Positions 42,350-54,067 of a stretch of 64,000 nt of DNA are shown in pieces. Origin of the DNA: Plasmodiophora brassicae (lineage: Eukaryota); the NCBI GenBank assembly GCA_036867785.1, contig CP145421.1:992001-1056000 (forward strand), written 5' to 3'. Numbering within the stretch: the stretch's first letter is position 1; each line of letters opens with the position of its first letter. A program made the translations under genes and the position numbers. The notes beneath the pieces are model-generated. The model was not told where the DNA came from, made no database searches, and worked only from the letters and a program-made list of their open reading frames with translations.

Positions 42350-45300
42350 ATGGCATCCAGCGCATGGTACTACACTGACGACGCAGGGCGGCAGTGCGGC
42401 CCGGTCTCGCAGGCCGACCTGCGCCGCCTGCTATCGTCGTCCGCCGCCCTCGCCAGGGACGCCCATGTCTGGGAGGCGTCCATGGCCGACTGGCAGCCCG
42501 CCTCCGCGATACCCGGCCTCGTACCTGCGCCACCGCCGCCGTCCGCACCGGCCAGAGGGCCACCCAGACGTGCCGGTGGGCCACCGTCGCGCGCAGCGCC
42601 ACCGTCCAGGTCGGCACCAACATCCAAGGCAGCAGGCGGGCCGCCGTCAAGGTCAGGACCGGCATCCGGGGCGGCACCGGCACCGGCCGCAGCAAACGGG
42701 CACTCGTCGAGGGCGGCACAACCAACCAGACCGGCTGTATCGGGGCGGACAGCGGCAGGAGCGCCCTTGAAAACCCAACCCAAGACGTCGTCGCCCGGGC
42801 CCGTTTGGCAATCCAAGGGCGCACCGGCGAAACCGTCGGGCCAGGTTGCCGCCCTGCTGAAGAAGTCGTCGTCGACGGCGAAGAAGGTGGCTACGAGCGC
42901 GCCGGTCCAGCAGATGCCTGCGCCATCGTCGCCCGGCTGGGTCGAGCGTCGCACTGTGGACGGCGCCGTCTACTTCCTGAACGAGGCAACGGGCCAGACG
43001 ACATGGGACCCGCCGCCCGGGTTCTCGTCGTCGGCCTCGTCGTCGTCGTCGTTCGCCCTGGTGGACGGCGAGACGTACTGGTGGGTGCCGGACGACGTCG
43101 AGGCGTTCGCCCCGGGTCGCCTGGTGCGAACGGCGTACAACGGGTCGCGTGATTTCGAGCTGCCCAACGGGCGCACGGTGACGGTCGGCAAGGGCGTCGA
43201 CCTGCACCCGGTCAACACGAACGCCTTCTCGCAGAACTACGACGACCTGGTGATGCTGCAGGAGGCGAACGAGCCCATGATCGTGCACTGCCTCGGGAAG
43301 CGGTTCCGCGACGACCAGATCTACACGAACGTCGGCACGATCCTGATCGCCGTCAACCCGTACCGGGACCTGGGGTTGTACTCGCCGATGAAGATCGAGC
43401 AGTACAAGAACCGCGGGCGGCAGGAGCTGCCCCCGCACGTGTTCGTCGTGGCCGACCAGGCGTACCGGGGCCTGCTGGAGAGCGGGCGCGACCAGTCGGT
43501 GATCATCAGCGGGGAGAGCGGCGCCGGCAAGACCGAGGCGACCAAGCAGTGCCTGCAGTACCTGGCCGAGTGCGCCGGCAGCAACAACGACGTCGAGCAG
43601 CGCATCCTGCTCGCCAACCCGATCCTCGAGGCGTTCGGCAACGCCAAGACGGTGCGGAACTCGAACAGCTCCCGGTTCGGCAAGGTGCGTTTGCGCGTTT
43701 GCTTGTGTTTGTGTGCCGCCCGTGCACGACCGGGGGACGCGCTGACTGTCCTCCGTTTCAGTACATTGAGGTGTTCTTCGGCACGTCGTCGCGCATCGTC
43801 GGGTCCAGCAACACGAACTACCTGCTGGAGAAGAGCCGCGTCGTGTCGCAGAGCGCCGGCGAGCGCAACTACCACGTGTTCTTCCAGCTGTGCCGGGGGG
43901 CGTCGCCCGCCCAGGCCGACCTGTTCGGCCTGCGCGACCCGTCCACGTTCGCGTACCTGAACCAGGTCCAGGACACGTACGTCGACAAGATCGACGACGC
44001 GGCCGACTTCGCCGCCGTCGAAGGTACGGTTCGCGCCGCAATGCTGACGCCACCTATGTGTGTACTAACGACGACGACTGCCCGGCAGGCGCCATGCAGC
44101 TGCTCGGCTTCACCGACGAGGAGGCGACGAGCGTGTTCGGCGTCGTGGCCGCCGTCCTGCACCTCGGCGACCTGCAGTTCGAGTCGGTCGGCGAGCGGCA
44201 GTCGGCGCTGGGCCCCGAGGCGGGCGCCGTGCGCCACGCCGCCCGCCTGCTGCAGGTGCCGACCGAGACGCTCGTGGCCGCGTTCACGACGCGCCTCATG
44301 CGGATCCGCGGCCAGGACACCACGACGGTACGCGTCGTCGTCGTCGTCGTCGTCGTCGTGCCACTGACGGGGGCGATGCGCTGGTCGCAGGTGACGTTGA
44401 GCCGGGACCAGGCCGGCAACATGCGACACGCGGCGGCCAAGTTCCTGTACGCGCGCCTGTTCGACTGGCTCGTCGCCCGCATCAACAGGTCGGTGGCGCC
44501 GGCCGACCGCGCCGCCGTCCGCTCGTCGATCGGCGTGCTGGACATCTTCGGGTTCGAGGTGTTCGCCACGAACTCGTTCGAGCAGCTCTGCATCAACTAC
44601 ACGGTAAGGAGGAGGGGGGCACCCCGCGTCTGTGCCGTGTGCGTCTCGACGCCTGACCCGCACTGTCTGCCCTGCAGAACGAGAAGCTCCAGCAGCACTT
44701 CAACCGGCACACGTTCCGCCTGGAGGAGGCCCTGTACGAATCGGAGGGGATCGCGTTCCAGCACGTGGCCTACATTGACAACCAGCCCGTCCTGGACCTG
44801 ATCGACGGGCGCCCGACCGGCCTGCTCCCCGCCCTGGACGAGGAGCTGCGCCTGCCGCGCACGACCGACGCCACGTACGTCGCCAAGTTGCACGCGTTGC
44901 ACGGCGGCGGCCGGCACCCGTCGTACGGGAGCGTCGTGCGGCACCCGGCGCGCTTCGTTGTGCGCCACTACGCCGGCCCGGTCGAGTACGCGTCGGACGG
45001 GTTCCTCGACAAGAACAACGACACGATGAGCGACGACCTGGTCGGCCTGTTCGCCGCGTCGCACTCGCCGTTCCTCAAGTCGCTGTTCCCCAGCCGCGAC
45101 GAGATGGCCCGGACGCGCAAGGTGACGCTCGGCGGGCAGTTCCAGGCGCAGCTCGCCGACCTGATGGTGTCGCTCGAGCGCACCCACCCGCATTACATCC
45201 GCTGCGTCAAGCCGAACGCCGACAAGCGCGCCGGCGCGTACACCGCCCCGATGGTCCACGAGCAGCTGCGGTACTCGGGCGTGTACGAGGCCGTCGCCAT

Positions 45301-48300
45301 CCGCAAGCGCGGGTACCCGTTCCGGTACGAGCATGGCGCGTTCGCCCAGCGGTACCTGTGCTCCGTGCCCGGCGCGCGCCTGGCCGCCCTGCGCCGCGCG
45401 TCGCCCGTCGACCAGTGCCGCGCCATCATCGGCGCCGTCCAACTCGACGACGACCTGCGCGAACACATTCAGGTGCGATGTCGTCGTCGTCGTCGTCGCC
45501 GGTATGTCGCTGACGGGGCGTTGCCCTCCACAGGTGGGGCGCACGCGCATCCTGTACCGCTCGCCGGTGCACCGCCGGCTGGAGCTGGAGCGCACCGTGG
45601 CCGTCGAGCGCCTGCTGGTGCGCCTGCAGGCGCACGTGCGGCGCTGGCAGGCGCAGGGGGCGGTGCGTCGGTGGCGGGTCGTGCTGCGCGACCCGATCCG
45701 CGCCGCCGTTCGCGCCCGGGACCTGCCGGCGCTGACCGCCGCCCTGGAGCCCGCCACCGCGCTCGCGCAGCGCTTCCCGTTCCGCGAGCTGATCGAGGCG
45801 CGTGCGGCGCGCGCCCGCCTCGTCGACCTGGCCGACCTGCACCGCGAGCTGGAACGCGTGCGGGCGCTGGACCCCGAGCGGCACTACGACGCGTACCTGG
45901 CCGCCTGCGAGTGGGCGGACCGCCTCGGCGAGCGCTCCGCCCCGTGCGACGCCGTTCGCCAGCGACTGGAGCAGGTGCGTCGGCGCGCTCGCCTGCCGTT
46001 CGTTCTTCCGAACACTGATCACGTGGCGCTCGACAGGTGCAGCGGCGTCGCGATTGCATGGCGCAGCTGGAGGCGGGCATGACGGCGCACGACATGGCCC
46101 TGCTGGACGAGGCGTTGTCACGGGCGCGCGACCTGAACGACGACGGGTGCGCGTGCGTGCCGGGCGACCTGGTGCGACGGGCGCAGGCGGCCCGCGACCG
46201 CCTGCGCCTGGAGAACGCCGCCTGCGACGCGATCCGGGCGGCGATGGGCGCCGGCGGGTGGCTGCGACCCGGCGACCTGCCCGACATCGACGGGATCGCG
46301 TCGGCGGTCGACGGCGCCGGGCGCCTCGGCCTGCACGTGGCCGGCGGCGCCGACCTGATCGCGCAGGGCGGCACGCTGCGCGACCTGCGCGCCGCCATGG
46401 CCCGGGCCGACGGGTCGAAGGACGCGGCCGTGTGGGCGCCCGTCGAGGCCATCGTGAAGAGCGCGGCCGGCGCCCTGGCCGACCACGACGAGGTGCGGGC
46501 GGCGCGCGCCCAGGTCGTCCAGTTCGCGCGCACCGGCCGCGTCGAGCGCGACCTGATCGGCGCTGTCGCCGCCCGCGACCTTGCCGCCATCGAGCACGGC
46601 CTCGACCAGGCCGCCGGCCTGCACATGAGCGACGACAAGTACCCGATCCTGGCGGACGGTAAGGCGCGCGTTGCCGTGTGCGTGTGCGTGTGGTGCGTCT
46701 GCGCGCTGACACCCCCCGTCCGTCTGTGCAGCGCGATGGTACCGGGAGGCGATCCGCGACGCGGAACGGGCCATGGCCGAGGCCGTGCGCGTCGTGTCCC
46801 GCGACCTGCTGGAGGACGCCGGGGCGCGCGCCGCCGCCATCCAGTACGAGGACGTCACCGACGACATGCGCGCCGGCATGGCGCTGCTCAACAAGGTACG
46901 TCGTGGGTGCCGACCGCCCGACCGCCCGCCGCGCTGACTCTGGTGGTGCGCCAGGTCCGGCGCCTGGCCGACGACGCCGCGTCGCTCGTCGTCACGCTGC
47001 TGCCGGACGCGATGCGGGCCTGCGTCGCCGACGCCGACGCGATCCGGTACGCGGAGAACGACGACATTGGGCGCCTGCGCGCCCTGCTGTTCGACACGTC
47101 GCCCGAGCGGTTCCTGCAGCTGCAGCTGAAGGCGGCCGTCGCCCTGAAGGATGCCGGGCGCGCCCGCGACGTCACCATCGCCCTGAAGGACGCGTTCTTC
47201 GCGCGGTCGGCCGCCATGTTCGCCTTCCGCCACTACCCGGGGCTCTGCGCTCCCGCCGAATGGGCGTCCCGGCGCCTGTTCGGCATGGCCGTCAACAAGG
47301 CCGCCCTGGCCGCCTCGTTCTACGCGCACACGTCCGCGCCGATCCACGCGGCGCTGACGCGCGACCTGGACCCGGCGCTGGAGAAGCTGGCGCGGACCGT
47401 CTTCCGCACGCTGCTCTGCTTCATGGGCGACCGGCAGAACAGCACGATGCCCGCCGTGCTCGTCCAGGAGGTCGTCGCGCTCGGCGCCCAGCACGCGGGC
47501 CTGCGCGCCGAGATCCTCGCCCAGGTCGTCAAGCAGCTGACGGGGAACCCGTCGCGCGACTCGTCCGAACGCGGCTGGCAGGCCCTGGCCCTGTGCATCC
47601 GGTCGTGGCCGGTCCCGGCCGACATCGAGAACTACCTCGAGTGCTGGATACGGACGTCGTCGTCGCAGGCGCCGACGACCAGCGACGGCGGCCTGTCCCC
47701 GCGCGCCCTGCGCTTCGTGACGCTGCTGCACGAGTCGGTGTTCGCCGGCGAGTGCCGACGGCCCGTGTCGCCCGTGGACGTCGACCAGGTCCTGCGCGGC
47801 AACGTGGACTGCCTGCTGGAGCGGGCGGTGGGCGCGCCCGCACCCGCACCCGCACCCGCCGGCCCGCGCCAGGCGCGCTTCAGAGTGTCCCGGTACGATG
47901 CGGCGCCGCCGTCGCGCCCGCCGCCGACCGCGCCGATGCGGGCCGCCGCGCCGCTGGGCGCCAATGATGTTCCGCCGCCGCCGGCCAAGGCCCCGCCCGC
48001 ACCGCCCGTCGTCGTCGTCGGCGCGACGCCGCGCGCCCTGCCCCCCGCACCCGGGCCCGTGCCGTCCGCCGCCGCGTGCCCGTTCCCCAGCGCGCCGGGC
48101 CGTCTGCTGCCGCCGCCGATCCTGTCGCCGCCGCCGCTGCCGCCCGCCGAGCGCCGCCTGTCGTCGTCGTCGTCCGCCGCCGGTGGCGGTGGTGCCGCCG
48201 TCGCCGTGCCCGTGCCGGCCTGGGCGGCGCGAACCGTCATGCCCTCGCCGCGCAAGTCCATGACGCTGCAGGACGCGCGGCAGCTGGTGCGCCCCGACGT

Positions 48301-48613
48301 CGTGCATCAGGCCAGCGCCGCCCTGCAGGCCATGCAGGCCAAGTCGCAGGCCGCCATGGCTGAGAACCGCGCCGCCCTCGATCGCAAGCAGCACGAGCTC
48401 AGCGCCGCACTGGAACGCCAACGACGCGGGCTGAATGCGGCGGCCGCCGCCGCGCGGCATCCAGAGCCCGGCCGCACGTCGCTGCCAAAGAAGGAGGCGG
48501 CGGCGGCGGCGTGGACGGCGCACGTGGACCCGTCGACCCAGGCGACGTACTACTACAATGCCAGCACGGGCGTCACGCAGTGGGATCGACCCGGCGACCC
48601 GGTATCGCCCTAG
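42350..48613 (+). CDS. Unconventional myosin with GYF_2 and WW N-terminus, MyTH4 and WW tail (class IV-like); spliced
   Basis: Motor motifs [34 protein letters not shown]-like [10 protein letters not shown]. MyTH4 [20 protein letters not shown] domains at both ends. Confidence 0.9.
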
Positions 48614-48831
48614 CTGGGGCGCGCCTGTGCGCGCAGCCGAATACACAAACACACACACACACATACACACACGAGCGCGCGCGACGACGCGAGTTGGTCG
48701 TCAGCTTGTTGCACAGCCGTGTGCGTGTTTATTGGCACAGGCGGCCGGACACAACCAATGGCGGATGTGACGGGGTTGAAGATGGCGACGATGCGGGTGG
48801 TGGCGCGGGCCCGGGCACAGGTAGGCGACCA

Positions 48832-51800
48832 TCACTTCTGGTTGGTGATCGGTGCACCCGCCGCGGGCTGCACGTTCGACCGGATGCGGGGGATGGCGCT
48901 GGTCGCGTCCAGCGGCGATCCGACGACGCCGGCGCCGCCGACCGCCTGGCTGTCCTCGTCGTCCTCGTTGTGGATGCGGTTCTGTCGCTGGAGGCGCTTG
49001 AACCCGCAAACGCCGCAGCAGATGCCGAACGTCATCAGAACGGCCTGCAGGAGCAGGGAGAAGGCGAACACGACGTAGCCGGCCTCGAACGACGAGCAGA
49101 GCAGGTCGCGGATGCCTGTGAACAGCGGTGTGATGTGCTGGCACTTGAGGAACGTCTGCGCCTCGGTCAGGATCGACGGGCCAATCCCGTTGATGTCGGC
49201 GATCAGCGACGTGAAGATCGACATGATGCTGGGGACGAACTTGACGGGCATGGCCCCGTTCTGCACCTGGTCGAGCATGCTGGTCAGGTTGACCTGCGCC
49301 TGCAGCTGCTCGGTGAAGGCGTCGGGCAGGTGCGCGATCAGGGCCGGGACGGGCTTCGACGCGTCGCACTCGAGGTAGTACTCGACCAGGTCGAGGACCG
49401 GGCCGTCCAGCGACGCCGGGATCGACACGGACCCGCCCGCCAGCGCCGATATGTTGCCGGACACCTGCGACCCGCCGAAGTGCACCGCGGCACCCTCGAC
49501 CTGTGGGGGGCGGGCACGTGCACGGTTCAGCCGACGAAGGGTCGTGACGCGGGCAACGACTTACGAGCACGTTGAAGTCGGCGCACGTGTCCGACAGGAA
49601 GACGGCCGGGACGATGAAGATCGAGGCGATCAGGTAGTAGACGAAGCTCATGTACATGAAGATCAGGGCCATGCACCTGTCCGACCAGCAGGGTCAGCGC
49701 TTGACGGCCCCCACACGCACACACGCCGGCCGCGCGTTGCCGCCGGCCGGCCCCAGAGGTACGCACATGGATCCGCACCCGCACCGGCAGACGACGCTGC
49801 AGACGGCCAGCAGCGAGACGAGCACGGGCAGCAGCAGCAGGACGGTCAGGCCACCCATGCGCAGGCCCTCGAACGACTGCGCCAACGCGTACGCGTTGTT
49901 GATGCTGGCCGCGTACGTGGCCTTGCCCGAGGCCAGCGACGTCGACATGTTGCGCACCATGCCGACGGCGTTCGTGATCATGCCCGACACCGACCCGATG
50001 TTGGCCTGCGACCGGATCGCGGCGATGTCGCCCAGGCGGCCCGAGATGGACGAGTCGATCGAGACGCCCGACACCTGCCCAAGCTGGCTGATCGTCGAGT
50101 TCAGGTTGGCGCCGTCGACCTGCTTCTTCACGTCCAGGACCTGCTGCTGCGTGCTCTTCATGTTGGGCAGGGCGACGACGGTCCTGTTCAGCGTGATCAG
50201 CTGCGACGATAGCGACCCGAAGTTGGGCTGGTTGTTCAGGCTCGTCTGCAGCGACGAGACCTTGCCCTGCAGGAGGCCCAGGTCCGGGAACGTCGTCAGC
50301 GACCGGTTCAGGTTGTTCAGCTGCGTCTGCGTCTGCGACAGGTCCGGCATGGTCGTGATCGTCGAGTTCAGCGACGCCAGGTTCGTCAGCAGCGACCCGC
50401 TGTTCGGCCTGGAATCCTTGGTCGACTGCAGCTGCTGCAGGCCGCTGACGAACGTCGTCTTGACGGCCGTCCAGCCGGCCGGCGCCGTGTACGGGTTCGT
50501 CTTGCCGGCCAGGTACCCGAGCATGGTCTGCAGCGGCGTCGAGATCGTGTTCAGCGTCGCGTTCAGCTGGACCATGTTGTCGACGAACGGCTGCAGGGCG
50601 GGCATCGTGTTCAGCTGCGACTGCATGCTGGTCAGGCTGCTGGTCGTCGACCCGAGGTTCGCGATCTGCATCGAGCTGTTCAGCTTGACCGTGTTGTTGA
50701 TGTACGTGTCCATGTCGGGGACGGCGTGCAGCGACGCGTTCAGGTCGGCGATCTGCTTGTACACGTTGGTCAGGTCGGGCATGTTGTGCTGCGACGAGTT
50801 CATCTTGCGGATGTTGCCGATGATCGCGTTGAAGTCGGGCAGGTTGCCCAGCGTGCTGTTCAGGCCCCGGATCGCCGTCACGCCCGACGACATGGACTGC
50901 TGCTGGCTGGTCAGGTTGGCGATCTGCGGCTGCAGGTCGTGCCAGACGGTGACGACGCTGCCGATCGACGCCGGCAGGATGACGAGCGTCGTGTTGATCC
51001 GCGTGATCATCCCGATGATGTCGCCGATGCAGTTGATGCGCGTCAGGCTGCTGTTGAACAGCTGGATGACGCCGATCAGCCCGGCAAAGTCCATGCTCTT
51101 GATCTTGGCCACGCTCGTGTTCATCGCCGTCATGTACGTCAGCAGGGTCAGCGACGACGGCTGGATCGCGATCGACAGGTTCGCCGCCTTCACCTATCGG
51201 GCGAGCACACGCGTGTGAGGCAACGGTCGGTGGCAGGGCGCTCCCCGATGTGCTTACGGCCGTCTGGATCTGCGGCAGGTGGAAGTCGGTGGCCAGGAAC
51301 GCCTTGAAGCCGCGCAGGGCGGTGACGATGCCGCCCAGGTTCGGGATGGCCTGCAGCGACCTGTTCAGCGACTGGATCTCGCCGATCAGCGCCGTCGTCG
51401 CCTGCAGGCTGTTCTTGGTCGTGTTCAGCGCCCGGATATTGGCAATGAACGCGCCGATGTTCGGCATGGCCTTGGTCGCGTTGTTCAACTGTGTCGGCGC
51501 GCGGCAGTCAGCTGGCCGGCCCCGGCGTCGTGGCGCCCGCACCCTACCTGGCTGAGCTCGTTGTAGGTGCGCACGACATCGCTGAACTGCTGGCCCGAGT
51601 TGATGTTGACGTCCAGCTGCAGCTGTGTGATGTTCGGGATGTTCGTCCAGAAGCTGTTGAACCCGTTCAGGTTGTTCGTCATGGTCGTCGTCGTGAACCC
51701 GTTCAGCGCGTTGCGGACCGCTGCGCGCGTGACACACAGATCAGACGACGCGGCCAGGACGTGTCGCGCCTCGTCCCTACATTGGATGTTGGCGACTACG

Positions 51801-52904
51801 GCGCCCAGCACGTTGAACGTTTTCAGCGTCGCGTTCAGCTTCGTCAGCGAGGTCTGGATCGGGGCCAGCGGCGGCATCGTCGCGATGGACGCGTTCAGGA
51901 CCAGGACGCGACTGGACAGGGCCATGCAGTCGGGCAGCGTCTTGATGCTGACGTCGAGCTGGCCCAGGGTCCGGTTCACGGCCAGCAGGTCGGGCAGGCC
52001 CATGACCGCCTGCGCGACCACGACAGGTTGGCCGTCAGGGACACCATCACCGATCAAGACAGGAGTGCGCCATGCCGCGTACCGAGTTCAGAACGGACAC
52101 CTGGCCCTGCGCTTTCTGGGCGTTGCTGGTCAGGCTGGTGATGTTGGCCAGGCAGGCCTGGTCGCTGGCGATCTCGGCCGACGACGGCAGCGCGCTGGTG
52201 ATGGCGTTGTTCAGCCGCTGGACGTCGGCGTAGATCGTGTTGTCGATGTAGGAGGCGGTGTCGTTCAGGAGCGTCGTGACCGAGTAGACGCGGTCCAGGG
52301 AGTCCAGGGCGTAGTGGCGCGCGTCGTCGACGGTGAAGTCGAGGCCGACGTTGCCGTTGTAGCCGACGACGGCGACGCCGGCGAGCAGGCCGGACAGGAT
52401 GAGCATGGAGACGCGCATGATCCAGACGATGTGGGCCGGGTAGACGCGCGTCCGCCGGCGCTTGCCGCAGCAGTTGCAGCAGAACCGGCAGATGCAGAAC
52501 AGGAGGGAGACGACCAGGCTGAGGACGGCGACGACCATGAAGATGATGGACAGAGAGCCGACGCCCTCGACGTAGGGCACGTCCGGGTTCGACTGCGCGT
52601 TCGCCACGTCGCCGGCCGTCATGTGCCGGGGCGCCGGCGCCCCCGACTTGGTGAACCGGGGCAGGCCCTGTGCGTTCGACCACCGTATCAGCACCACACC
52701 AGCCCAGGGTATGTACGCACTGAGACACAACACACCGACCTGCAGGATGCTGTTGTACAGGTTCGCCCAGGTCTGGACGCCGGACGGGGTCACCTTGATG
52801 GGCCCGCTGACGAACCCTTCCTTGTTCACCGCCTGGGGCAGGGCCGCGCCCATCAGGACGGCGGCCATGACCGCCAAGGTCGCGGCCGAATGACGACTAG
52901 TCAT
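48832..52904 (-). CDS. Prominin/tweety-like multi-pass membrane glycoprotein with a very long helical ectodomain; spliced
   Basis: Signal peptide, then TM1 followed by FCICRFCCNCCG, TM2, a long Leu/Asn-rich LPD repeat region, a TM pair around CRCGCG, SDTC and a final TM. Confidence 0.6.
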
Positions 52905-53296
52905 GGGAGGCGATGTGCTGTGCTGTTCCGCCCGACCGCCCGACAACAAGAACAACAAGGACCGACACCTATATTTGCGGATGGGGAGTTAGTCGATCGA
53001 ACGCGATCGACGTGCGTACCCAGCATGCCCTCGATCGTTGCTAGTGCCGATATCTTCCCCTCGCGCGGGGGTGGGGTGGGGGTAGGGGTGGGGGCAGCCC
53101 GTTCAGCGAGCGACCCGCCCCCGCTGACAATTGATGATTGATGGAATGATGGTACATATCTCGGTGCCCGTGGAAAAAGACGTAAACGACTCCAATCACG
53201 ATCAGGAAGGCGCCAGCCGACAGCGTTCCTGGCTCTTACCAATACGCACTGCCAGGATCCGATGGCATCCCTATCGTCATCTGCCGCCAGGCTTTC

Positions 53297-53940
53297 ATGA
53301 ACGTGTTCGGCATGGGCACTGTGAAGCTTACGAATGTCATTCAGAGCATGACGAACCAGTACGGCGTTCAGCAGGGTGCTGTTCCGTCGCTCGGCATGGA
53401 TGGCCGCGGCAAGAGCAACGTTGTTGTTCACAATCGTACACCACATAACGTGCTCGAGATCGCGCGCGCCTTTATCGTCTCGCAGCTCAAGCAGTTCGGC
53501 GAGGCTTTGCACTACTTGCAGGAAGAGCAAGCACAAGTGATTTATATGCCGGCTGACCAGAGCCCCAGTTCGCTGTGGCGTCAGCTTCTCAATGATCACG
53601 ATCGAGTCGCTTCGCAGCAGCTCCAAGAGGCGCTAGCGCTGCAAGTCGAACTTGCGGCGTCGTTCGAACCGATCATCACCGAGAGGCGCTTTATCGATCT
53701 GTTCGCTGCCGAGTTCGGCTACGTCAAGTTCTACAAGCCGAAGACAGACGAGTGCAAGAAGTGCCTCGTCTTTCGGGCTCAACTCGACGCGATGCTAAAC
53801 AGCAATCCGGCGAAGGCGTTCTTGCAGGCCGAGTTCGAAGCGCATCGCAGCGCCGCCTAGCTGGGCTACCGTATGATCGGGCACGACTGCGAGCAATCTC
53901 GACTGTCGCGCGTCCAATATCCTGATCAACCTGTGAAGTG
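53297..53940 (+). pseudogene. Decayed Sola transposase fragment
   Basis: FAAEFGYVKFYKPKTDECKKC..FEAHRSAA*LGYRMIGHD aligns to FAKQFGYIRFRRAKTDQCETC..LESHRAIAAFGYTMMRHD of the intact element. It has an internal stop and no catalytic core. Confidence 0.75.
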
Positions 53941-54067
53941 GGTCGACACGTTTGTCTTCGACCACCAGAAGAAGTTCGACGTGCCACACTACACGCCATC
54001 ATCACATACATAGGTAGGTGCTATAATAATACAAATGGGGTCGGTGACGACACGTGCGGCAGTCGGC

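Noticed and set aside
32303-48613. ARPC3, myosin and fascin-like domains as a cytoskeletal gene cluster
   Set aside because: They are separated by unrelated genes; chance proximity in a compact genome is sufficient.
39961-48671. (GT)n, (GTC)n and (AC)n tracts at 39961, 44333, 45479 and 48643
   Set aside because: Ordinary intronic or intergenic microsatellites.
42333-53141. Many long antisense and alternate-frame ORFs over the myosin and prominin-like genes
   Set aside because: Shadow ORFs caused by very high GC and codon bias; they are Arg/Gly/Pro-rich with no motifs.
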